Assembly (NCBI GenBank): GCA_964551945.1
Contig: CAZKFH010000003.1
Span: 9,130 to 73,129, forward strand
Length of the DNA stretch: 64,000 nt
Direction: 5' to 3'
Source of the DNA: an uncultured Actinomycetes bacterium
GTDB taxonomy: Bacteria > Actinomycetota > UBA4738 > CALAEC01
Shown: in pieces, positions 9,639-17,175 of the stretch
Layout of the letters: every line of letters starts with the position of its first letter
Position numbering within the stretch: position 1 is the stretch's first letter
Translations under genes and position numbers: made by a program
Notes under the pieces: generated by a model
Told to the model about the DNA's origin: nothing
Databases searched by the model: none
The model's input: only the letters and a program-made list of their open reading frames with translations

Positions 9639-11576
9639 TTACTCCTTGCCGGTGTAGCGGAAGATCCACAGGCCGCTATCCCGGTCGCTCATCAGGATCA
9701 ACGGGCGCTTTCCGAAGTCCTTGCCCTGACCCTGATCCTTCTCGGACAGCAGGCACTGGCCGGCACAGAGTGGGTACACACCCCAGAAGTCATTGCCGCC
9801 ATCCGCGATGTAATGGCCGACCTCCGTGATGCCCCCGGGTCCGAATGTCGCGACCCGAAGACCAGCGTTGTAGTACGAGAAGTACGCGATGTCCTTCTTC
9901 AGCCGTGGATCCGTCTTCACCTCGTGGACCGTGAGGCTGCCGAAGCCGGACGCGTAGGCGGGGTCCTGCGCTTCCGGGATCGAGTAGGTGTCGAGCTCCG
10001 GCAGGTCGGTCGTGTTGCTGTGGAGGTGGGTGTACCCCCACCCGTCGAACACTCCGCCCCTGGCGAACAAGGTCTCCCCTGGTGTCCCGATAGCGATGTC
10101 GGCACCCTCGGATCCGGTGTAGTTCGGGGGTGAGTTGAACAGCTGGTGCATGGCCCGGTGTCCGATGCAGATCGCCGGGATCTGCTCGTCGTAGTCCTCG
10201 CCCTGGCTGCCGCAGATGAACGCGTCCGGGAGGAGGCCGTTGCGCGCTCCAACGTGACTCTGTCCGATCGCGACCAGGTCGTACCCTGCGTCCTGGCCGT
10301 TCTTCACCTTCGTGGAGAACGTGCAGGTTCCGCGACTGAACACTATGGCGTCCCGCCCGCTCACCGCCTGCGACGGGAAGCTCCCCGCCGTGCAGCCGAG
10401 GCCGCCGAACACCGTGTCTCCCGTAAAGCCGCTGGGATAGAGGTCGGCGAGGTCCGGCGTCCAGCCGAACTCGCCGCATCCCGTGTCCCCGGCGTTGGGT
10501 CCGGTCGTGATTCGGCAGAGCGTCCGGGTCGGGGAGAAGTCCTCATCGGTGGAGATGACGTAGTCGCCATCCTGGTCGAAGTAGGACTGGTGACTGTTCC
10601 CCTCGGGAATCTCGAATGCCGGCTGCTCCGGGTCGGGGCTCGAGTAGTCCGAGTCAGTGACGAAGACCGGTGCCGCCGGATTGTTGACGTTCAAGAGCAC
10701 TTGACCCGCGTCCCAATAGGAGACGAGCAGGTAGTTCGTTCCATCGATGACTTTCTGCTGCATGTCGTGATGGAAGACGGAGTCACCGTTGGCATAGGAG
10801 CCCTGCGCGCCGGGCCAGTCCTCGAGGCCCTGCTCGGCTACGAGGACGGCCGGGCCTGCGCCCGTTATCAGGGGTGTGACGTCGAAGATGTCGACATCCT
10901 TGAGATCCTGGTTGTCGGTGCCGACGGCGTACGCCTTGCCATTCCAGACGAAGCCCTGCACCGAGTGGTACGTGTGATGCGTCTGGTTGGCAACGGGCGG
11001 AACGTTTTCCCCGAAGGACCCCTTGAGTACACCCGCGGCCGGGTTCGTCACGTCCCAAAGGTTCATTCCGGCCGTGGCGGGGGATGCGGCGTTGCACACT
11101 TCGCTGTTGTTCAGGAAGTAGCGGCGGCCGTTGTATTCGATCACGTGCGCACCTTCGCCCGGGTACGTGTTCGGGGGAGAGGTGAGGAATCCGACCTTCG
11201 TGGGGCTGGCCGGGTTGCTGACGTCGACAACGTGTGTTCCGGGGCCGTGAGCTGCCGCGCCGGTACGCCCAGCGCATTCGGGAGCCCAGGCGTTGAGGTA
11301 CGCGTAGTTCCCGAACGCGGTGACATCGGCGATGCCGCCGGGGACGTTCGTAAGCTTCAGCTTGCCGACAAGCTGGATGTTCTTGTTCGACGCCGGCAGG
11401 TGACCGTCCGTCGCGCCGTGCTGGTGGTCGTCTTCCTGGACCCGCGGACCGTCTGCGGGGTCGTAATCGTCCCAGCCGTAACTATCGGGAGCTGGGGGGT
11501 TGTTCGCCGCGGCGAGCGCGCCTGATCCGAGAACCAGGGCGACGGCCACGAGCAATGACAGATATCGCTTGGGCAT
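9639..11576 (-). CDS. Secreted LVIVD-like beta-propeller protein, paralog 3, with inserted PA (protease-associated)-like domain
   Basis: ATG follows GGAGGA and a signal peptide (MPKRYLSLLVAVALVLGSGALAAA). LVIVD-type motifs (HVVDVSNPASP, MNLWDVTNP, VDIFDVTP, LLNVNNPAAP, GLWIFRY). PA-like signature at about residues 405-440 (GRDAIVFSRGTCTFSTKVKNGQDAGYDLVAIG). Confidence 0.75.
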   Translation of the reverse strand: MPKRYLSLLVAVALVLGSGALAAANNPPAPDSYGWDDYDPADGPRVQEDDHQHGATDGHLPASNKNIQLVGKLKLTNVPGGIADVTAFGNYAYLNAWAPECAGRTGAAAHGPGTHVVDVSNPASPTKVGFLTSPPNTYPGEGAHVIEYNGRRYFLNNSEVCNAASPATAGMNLWDVTNPAAGVLKGSFGENVPPVANQTHHTYHSVQGFVWNGKAYAVGTDNQDLKDVDIFDVTPLITGAGPAVLVAEQGLEDWPGAQGSYANGDSVFHHDMQQKVIDGTNYLLVSYWDAGQVLLNVNNPAAPVFVTDSDYSSPDPEQPAFEIPEGNSHQSYFDQDGDYVISTDEDFSPTRTLCRITTGPNAGDTGCGEFGWTPDLADLYPSGFTGDTVFGGLGCTAGSFPSQAVSGRDAIVFSRGTCTFSTKVKNGQDAGYDLVAIGQSHVGARNGLLPDAFICGSQGEDYDEQIPAICIGHRAMHQLFNSPPNYTGSEGADIAIGTPGETLFARGGVFDGWGYTHLHSNTTDLPELDTYSIPEAQDPAYASGFGSLTVHEVKTDPRLKKDIAYFSYYNAGLRVATFGPGGITEVGHYIADGGNDFWGVYPLCAGQCLLSEKDQGQGKDFGKRPLILMSDRDSGLWIFRYTGKE

Positions 11577-11648
11577 CGATTCCTCCAGGTGGGCTAGTGA
11601 TGCGAGCGGACAATGGCTGAAACGGATCCAGCCAGGGACTGCGAGCTT

Positions 11649-11731
11649 GCGGGCAATCAGCCTCCCTCCTCTCCGCGACCGGGCGTAGCACGGAGCGGAG
11701 TAATAATGACTAGTTCTTTCGGACTAGGCAA
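11649..11731 (-). promoter_or_regulatory. AT-rich promoter plus conserved 5' leader module, copy 2 (upstream of LVIVD paralog 3)
   Basis: Minus strand reads TTGCCT (11731..11726), a 17-nt spacer, CATTAT (11708..11703). Then comes stem CTCCG/CGGAG, GGAGGGAGG, CTGATTGCCCGC. This is the counterpart of 7506..7588. Confidence 0.45.
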
Positions 11732-11757
11732 GTGGCAGGCGATCCGAGCGAGCCGCG

Positions 11758-11763
11758 TAGAAT
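11758..11763 (+). promoter_or_regulatory. -10 element (TAGAAT) placed for a leaderless murA transcript
   Basis: TAGAAT is followed by 6 nt (ctgcag) and then the murA GTG at 11770. No SD-like purine run lies between them. Confidence 0.4.
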
Positions 11764-11769
11764 CTGCAG

Positions 11770-13041
11770 GTGGACAGGCTCCTCATCACGGGTGGGCGGC
11801 GTCTCTCGGGCGCCGTCGACATCGGCGGGGCGAAGAACTCCGCCTTGAAGCTGATGGCGGCAGCCCTGCTCACGGAAGGCCGGACCATCCTGCGCAACGT
11901 TCCGGATATCGCGGACTGCCGCACGATGGCCGAGGTCCTCGAGAGGCTGGGTGCCGGCGTCGAGCGGCGTGACCACGAGCTCGAGATCGACGCCTCGGGC
12001 CCCCTCGGGATGGAGACGCCGTACGAGCTCGTGCGCCGGATGCGCGCCTCGATCCTGGTGCTGGGACCGCTGCTTGCCCGTCACGGGAGGTCTCGGGTGG
12101 CGATGCCGGGTGGATGCAACATCGGCCGGCGCAAGATCGACCTCCACGTCCGCGGGCTGGAGCGCATGGGCGCGGAGTTCTCCTACGACCACGGCTACCT
12201 GGTCGCGAACACCAAGGGCCCCTTGCGCGGCGCCGTCATCTCGCTCGACTTCCCGAGCGTCGGTGCCACCGAGAACCTCCTTATGGCCGCGGTGGCAGCA
12301 CGGGGGACCACGGTCATCGAGAACGCGGCGCGCGAGCCGGAGATCCAGGACCTGGCCGATTTCCTCACCGCCATGGGCGGACGGATCAACGGCATCGGCA
12401 CGCCGACCGTGGAGATCGAAGGGGTTGATGCATTCGTCCCGACCGATCACACCGTGATCCCCGACAGGATCGAGGCCGGGACGTTCGCGGTCGCCGCATG
12501 CATCACCGGCGGTGACGTCCTGTTGCGCGGAGCTAGAGCGGATCACCTCGATCTGCCGTTCGCGAAGCTCGCCGACGCAGGCGCGCGCATCGCGATCGAG
12601 GAAGGCGGCATCCGCGTGACGATGGATGGGCGCGCGCGCGCCGCCGACCTGGTGACCCTGCCGTATCCGGGCTTCCCGACCGACCTGCAGCCGCCGATCA
12701 TGGCGATGCTCGCGACCGCCGAGGGGACGAGCATCCTGACGGAGAACGTGTTCGAGAGCAGGTTCATGTTCGTGGACGAGCTGAACCGCATGGGAGCGGA
12801 CATCCGCACCGAGGGACACCACGCCGTGATCCGCGGCGTGCCGAAGCTCTTCTCCGCGCCGGTGCGCGCGCTCGACCTGCGGGCCGGTGCCGCGCTCATC
12901 GTGGCGGCGCTCGGTGCAGAGGGTGTGACCGAGATCACGGACGTCGGGCACGTCGACCGCGGCTACGAGGATGTCGACGGGAAGCTGGCGTCTCTGGGGG
13001 CCGAGCTCAGCCGCCAGCCGGCGATGGCGCTGGCTCCCTGA
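11770..13041 (+). CDS. murA: UDP-N-acetylglucosamine 1-carboxyvinyltransferase
   Basis: 423 aa with typical MurA blocks (ITGGRRLSGAVDIGGAKNSALKLMAAALL, LPYPGFPTDLQPP, FESRFMFVDELNRMGA, VDRGYEDVDGKL). The usual active-site Cys position reads GGCNIGRR. Confidence 0.95.
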   Translation: MDRLLITGGRRLSGAVDIGGAKNSALKLMAAALLTEGRTILRNVPDIADCRTMAEVLERLGAGVERRDHELEIDASGPLGMETPYELVRRMRASILVLGPLLARHGRSRVAMPGGCNIGRRKIDLHVRGLERMGAEFSYDHGYLVANTKGPLRGAVISLDFPSVGATENLLMAAVAARGTTVIENAAREPEIQDLADFLTAMGGRINGIGTPTVEIEGVDAFVPTDHTVIPDRIEAGTFAVAACITGGDVLLRGARADHLDLPFAKLADAGARIAIEEGGIRVTMDGRARAADLVTLPYPGFPTDLQPPIMAMLATAEGTSILTENVFESRFMFVDELNRMGADIRTEGHHAVIRGVPKLFSAPVRALDLRAGAALIVAALGAEGVTEITDVGHVDRGYEDVDGKLASLGAELSRQPAMALAP

Positions 13042-14986
13042 CCTGCTTCCATCGCATCGCTACGGCGGGATAGACCACGGCTGCGGACAGGAACAGGAAT
13101 GCGATCGATGCCGTGCCGAACGTGTCGTTGACGACGTAGCCGACCATCCCCGAGAGCGCGAGGACCACGATCGCGCGGCGCCACGGCTCATCGGCTTCGA
13201 GCGAGGGGCGGAGCCGCTTCGGTGGTCGGAGCGCAACCAGAAGCCAGGCCGGGAGCCCGAGGACCGCCAGCCACGCGCTCGGTACTTCGGACGTCAGGCG
13301 GATGTTCAGCTCGAGCCGCTGCCAGAAGATCTCCACCGCCCCGAGCACTCCACCCTGGCCCACCGCGCGAGAGACATGCGTCTCCCCGGGTAGGAGGCGG
13401 TGCGTCAGTACCACTGCGGCGACCGCCACGAGCGCGGCCCCGGCGCCAAGCGCCAGCGCGCGCCGGTCCAAACGGTTCCAGCGCTCGAACGAGAACCACA
13501 GCGCCGCCGCAACGGCGAGCGTGATGCAGCCACCAACGTCCGCGCCCAGGAATGGGAGTCCCGCGAAGGCAGCGGCGGACGCCAGCAGCGCGACTCCCCG
13601 GCGTGGCCGCATGAGGGCCGCGCCGAGCACCGCGCCGCTCAGGACGATCCCCGCGTAGGGATTGCCGAGCCCGAAGAAACGTTCGCCGTCGAGTGCGCTG
13701 CCACCGAGCAGCGGCGTGAGTCCCGAGCGCCACCCCGCAGAGACATCGATCACGACGAGGAACAGACCCGCCAGCGCGACGACCGCCACCGGTTTGCCGA
13801 GGCGATCTCCGCCGAGCCGGATCGCGAGCACCGTCAGGACGATCGCGCCACCCGCCAGCGCCGCGATCACGACCGGCCACGCGAACGTGGGGAGCAGGCT
13901 CGCCGGGACGAACGTGACGAGCAGCGCGACGGAACCGAGTCCCACCAGAGCCAGAGTCGCGAAGATCCTTCGCGGAATCCGCCACCGGCCGATCGCGAGG
14001 ATGAACCCGATCAGCAGCGAGGCGATGGTCAGCCCGAGCGCGACTTGACCGACCGGCGTCACCACGCTTCGCCACTCGAGGTATCGGCGATGAAGCTCGG
14101 TGGGAGGTTGGCCGGTCACCTCGATGGCCGACCCGACCATCTCCTCCGGTATCGGCGCGTCCAGGAAGTCGAGCACCGTGGGAGCCACGTCGACGTTCGA
14201 GACGATGTCGTCTCGTCTCGTCGTGTTCGACGTCAGCCCTCCCGGCTCGCCGCCGCCCTGCAGGAGATCATCCGGCGCCCCAGTGGCCATGATCAACGGG
14301 GTCACGGTGTCGCCGCGCTCCCGCATCTTCTCCGTCGGGGGCGTGGCCACGATCAGCACCGCCACCTCGTCCGCGGTGGTGTGCTCGAGGGCGAAGGGCA
14401 CGAGGCCGGGATCGGGTGAGACGACCAGGCTTGCGTCCTCGAGGATGCCCGTGGCTTCCTCCGCGAAGAACTCGGGAGGCAGCTCGCCGAGGATGGGAAA
14501 AGTGTTGAGGAACGCGAGCGGGATATGGCCGCTGACGTCCATCGCAGCCAGCATCGCCGGCCGGCCCAACGCCGATCCGAGGTCGATGTATCCAACGGTC
14601 AGGCCGGATTCTGCCAATACGGAGCCCAGGAGCCCCAATTCCGCCTCGCCTGCCGACTCGCGGTACGGAGCGGCATCGATCAGCACTCCGGACGCCGTCT
14701 CGGCGAAGAGCACCGGGCCTCGCGGTGCCCCCGACGCGGAGCGTCCCGCGCCGAGGCTGACGGCCGCCTGAGCCTCGTGGTGCGCCTCGCCGCTCGTCGT
14801 CATGAGGCCGAGCCCGCCGGAGCGGGCGAGGTCACTCGCGAGCGGATCTCGAAGCGCCTCCTCGTACGGCACGCCGGGCGTAACGATCAGGATGACCTGC
14901 CGATCGACCGCCGCGGAGGCCGGCGTCGCGAGGGCGCCGATCGAGAGCGCCAGACCCAGCAGGATCGACGCGGAGCGGAAGCTCAC
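13007..14986 (-). CDS. Membrane protein: N-terminal secreted alkaline-phosphatase-superfamily-like ectodomain plus about 9-10 TM helices
   Basis: GTG start 5 nt after the gmhB stop and a signal peptide. Ectodomain ends with a phosphodiesterase/sulfatase-type motif (RRDDIVSNVDVAPTVLDFLDAPIP). The C-terminal half is polytopic. The domain assignment is weak. Confidence 0.7.
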   Translation of the reverse strand: MSFRSASILLGLALSIGALATPASAAVDRQVILIVTPGVPYEEALRDPLASDLARSGGLGLMTTSGEAHHEAQAAVSLGAGRSASGAPRGPVLFAETASGVLIDAAPYRESAGEAELGLLGSVLAESGLTVGYIDLGSALGRPAMLAAMDVSGHIPLAFLNTFPILGELPPEFFAEEATGILEDASLVVSPDPGLVPFALEHTTADEVAVLIVATPPTEKMRERGDTVTPLIMATGAPDDLLQGGGEPGGLTSNTTRRDDIVSNVDVAPTVLDFLDAPIPEEMVGSAIEVTGQPPTELHRRYLEWRSVVTPVGQVALGLTIASLLIGFILAIGRWRIPRRIFATLALVGLGSVALLVTFVPASLLPTFAWPVVIAALAGGAIVLTVLAIRLGGDRLGKPVAVVALAGLFLVVIDVSAGWRSGLTPLLGGSALDGERFFGLGNPYAGIVLSGAVLGAALMRPRRGVALLASAAAFAGLPFLGADVGGCITLAVAAALWFSFERWNRLDRRALALGAGAALVAVAAVVLTHRLLPGETHVSRAVGQGGVLGAVEIFWQRLELNIRLTSEVPSAWLAVLGLPAWLLVALRPPKRLRPSLEADEPWRRAIVVLALSGMVGYVVNDTFGTASIAFLFLSAAVVYPAVAMRWKQVREPAPSPAGG

Positions 14987-14990
14987 GTCC

Positions 14991-15536
14991 TCACGCCTCG
15001 TCGAGGATCAGGTCCGCGGCCGCCGTGAGGTCGTCCACCACGACGACACCCGGGGGCGGACCGTGATTGGCGCCGGGAAGCAATCCGTGTCCGGTCCGCA
15101 CCATGATCGACCTCGCCCCGGCCGCCTGGCCGGCCTCGGCGTCGGAAGGGTGGTCGCCGACCATCCATGACCTGGACAGGTCGAGATCGAGCTCCTCGGC
15201 GGCCCGGAGCAGCATGCCGGGCGCGGGCTTGCGGCAGTCACACGGCCCGGTGAAGTCGGGGTGATGGGGGCAGTGGTAGGAGCCGTCGAGGCCCACGCCT
15301 TCCGCCTCCAGGAGCCGGCGGGTTCGGTCGTTCACCGCCAGGACCTCTGCGTCCGTGAAGTACCCGCGCGCCACTCCCGCTTGGTTCGTGACCACGACCA
15401 GCGCGTAGCCGGCATCCGTGAGCTTGCGCAGCGCCGCGGGCACGCCCGGAAGGACGACGACCCGCTCGGGCTCTCCCAGGTGACCGACCTCGTCGATGAC
15501 GGTGCCGTCGCGATCGAGGAAGACGGCAGGCCTCAA
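14991..15536 (-). CDS. gmhB: D-glycero-D-manno-heptose 1,7-bisphosphate phosphatase (HAD family)
   Basis: HAD motif I at the N-terminus (AVFLDRDGTVI), VVTNQAGVARGYF, Zn-finger-like CPHHPDFTGPCDCRKP, and WMVGDHPSDAEAG. Start taken as TTG overlapping the gmhA TGA (TTGA). The upstream part of the track ORF is Arg/Pro-rich filler. Confidence 0.8.
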   Translation of the reverse strand: MRPAVFLDRDGTVIDEVGHLGEPERVVVLPGVPAALRKLTDAGYALVVVTNQAGVARGYFTDAEVLAVNDRTRRLLEAEGVGLDGSYHCPHHPDFTGPCDCRKPAPGMLLRAAEELDLDLSRSWMVGDHPSDAEAGQAAGARSIMVRTGHGLLPGANHGPPPGVVVVDDLTAAADLILDEA

Positions 15537-16129
15537 GAGAACAGGGCGGACTCGGCCAGGGCGCACAGGGCGTGACCGACCGCGATGTGGCCCTGCTGCA
15601 CCTGTCCGCTCGTCTCGCCGGGAAGGTGGATCGAGACCTCCGCAGTTTCGTCGAGGGGCGAGGCGGCCGGTCCCACCAAGGCCACGACGCGAGCTCCCAA
15701 CCCGTTCGCATCCCGTGCCGCGCGAAGCACGTTCTCCGATCCACCACTCGTGGACAGGCACACGAGCACGTCACCCGTGCGCGCAAGTGCCCGTACCTGT
15801 CGCGCGAAGACTTCCTCGTACCCGAAGTCGTTCGCCACGGCCGTCAGGATCGACGTGTCGGTTGTGAGCGCGATGCCGGGGAGAGGATCGCGGTCGCTCG
15901 ACGCGTCCAGGCGTCCCACGAGCTCCGCCGCCAGGTGTTGGGCGTCCGCGGCGCTGCCGCCGTTGCCGCAGAACAGCACCTTCCCTCCGCCGCGCAGGGC
16001 CTCGGCGAGAAGTGCGCCGGCCCGCGCGACCAACGACGGAAGGTCGCCGTCCGCGAGCGCCGAAGCCAGCTTGGCCGAAGCCTCGAGATGTGCGCGTGCC
16101 TCGCGCTCGAGCTCTACGGGGCTCGCCAC
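15533..16129 (-). CDS. gmhA: Phosphoheptose isomerase (SIS domain)
   Basis: 198 aa with GKVLFCGNGGSAADAQHLAAELVGR, ALTTDTSILTAVANDFGYEEVF and VCLSTSGGSENV. GTG start overlaps the kinase gene by 16 nt. Confidence 0.85.
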   Translation of the reverse strand: MASPVELEREARAHLEASAKLASALADGDLPSLVARAGALLAEALRGGGKVLFCGNGGSAADAQHLAAELVGRLDASSDRDPLPGIALTTDTSILTAVANDFGYEEVFARQVRALARTGDVLVCLSTSGGSENVLRAARDANGLGARVVALVGPAASPLDETAEVSIHLPGETSGQVQQGHIAVGHALCALAESALFS

Positions 16130-17169
16130 GTCTGGACACCCCGCGGCGCGAAGTTGAACTTCACGACCCGCGCGCCGGCCTCCTCCATCGCCTGCGCGAT
16201 CGCGGGACGCCCTTCGAACGGGCAGAACAGGAGCAGGTACCCGCCGCCGCCGGCCCCGAGCAGCTTGCCGGCGAGAGCTCCCGAGCGCTTCGCTATCCCG
16301 TAGAGGTCATCGATGCGGTCATTCGTGATGCCCTCCGCCAGGTGCCGCTTCGCTTGCCACGACTCGTCCAGGATCTCGGCGAAGGAGGGAAGGTCGCCGG
16401 TGAGCAGCGCCTCCTTGAGCTCGAGCGTCAAGGCCTTGATCTGCTCGAGCGAGTCGATGGACTCGCGGCGTCCCTGCCGGTACCCCTCGACCTGCCGCTG
16501 CAGGATGCCGCCGGACACCCTCGTCATGCCCGTGTAGCACAGCAGGAGGGAGCCGTGAAGCTCGTTCTCGGTATCGGATGGGATGCGCAGGGGATTGACC
16601 ACCACGCGGTCCTCGCCGAGGAACTCGATGAAGTTGAACCCCCCGAACGTGCAGGCGTACTGGTCCTGCATCCCGCCGGCCTGCTGAAGCTGTACCCGCT
16701 CGACACCGTACGCACGGCCCGCGAGCTCGTACGGCGTCAGCGGTGTGTGGTTCAGCTCCGCGACCGCCGCGAGCATCGCGACGACGAGCGCCGAAGACGA
16801 CCCGAGCCCCGATCCCGGGGGTGCGTCGCAGAACAGGCTGAGGTCGAGCCCCGTGTGGGGGGCCATGTCCTTGAGACACGCCTTGACGAGGTCGAGGTGG
16901 CCGTCGAACACCATGTCCTCCGGCGCCGTGTACCGAGCGGAGCCGTTGTCGGAGGTGACGTGGTAGCCGGAGTCCTCACGCGCCGTCAGCGACGCGAAGG
17001 AGTAGAGGTCGATCGTGGCCGACAGCACGCAACCGCCGTGATCTGTCGGGTAGGGCATGACATCGGTCCCGCCTCCGGAGAAGCTGATCCGCAGGGGAGC
17101 ACGGGCGCGGATCGCGGTCTGTGAGGAGACGGGCTCGTGGAGCCCGGAAGGGGTGGGGGCCGTCTTCAC
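16114..17169 (-). CDS. hddA: GHMP-family sugar kinase, D-glycero-D-manno-heptose 7-phosphate kinase-like
   Basis: N-terminus RAPLRISFSGGGTDVMPY and GHMP motif PPGSGLGSSSALVVAML. Sits immediately upstream of gmhA and gmhB in the same operon. Confidence 0.8.
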   Translation of the reverse strand: MKTAPTPSGLHEPVSSQTAIRARAPLRISFSGGGTDVMPYPTDHGGCVLSATIDLYSFASLTAREDSGYHVTSDNGSARYTAPEDMVFDGHLDLVKACLKDMAPHTGLDLSLFCDAPPGSGLGSSSALVVAMLAAVAELNHTPLTPYELAGRAYGVERVQLQQAGGMQDQYACTFGGFNFIEFLGEDRVVVNPLRIPSDTENELHGSLLLCYTGMTRVSGGILQRQVEGYRQGRRESIDSLEQIKALTLELKEALLTGDLPSFAEILDESWQAKRHLAEGITNDRIDDLYGIAKRSGALAGKLLGAGGGGYLLLFCPFEGRPAIAQAMEEAGARVVKFNFAPRGVQTWRAP

Positions 17170-17175
17170 GACGGG

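Noticed and set aside
15537-15761. N-terminal extension of gmhB (track ORF 14991..15761), and similar extensions at 27360..28616, 28094..28981, 34704..36074 and 35343..36602
   Set aside because: The extended parts overlap neighbouring real genes or are Arg/Pro/Gly-rich. The conserved domains, signal peptides and RBSs begin at the internal starts used in the feature list.
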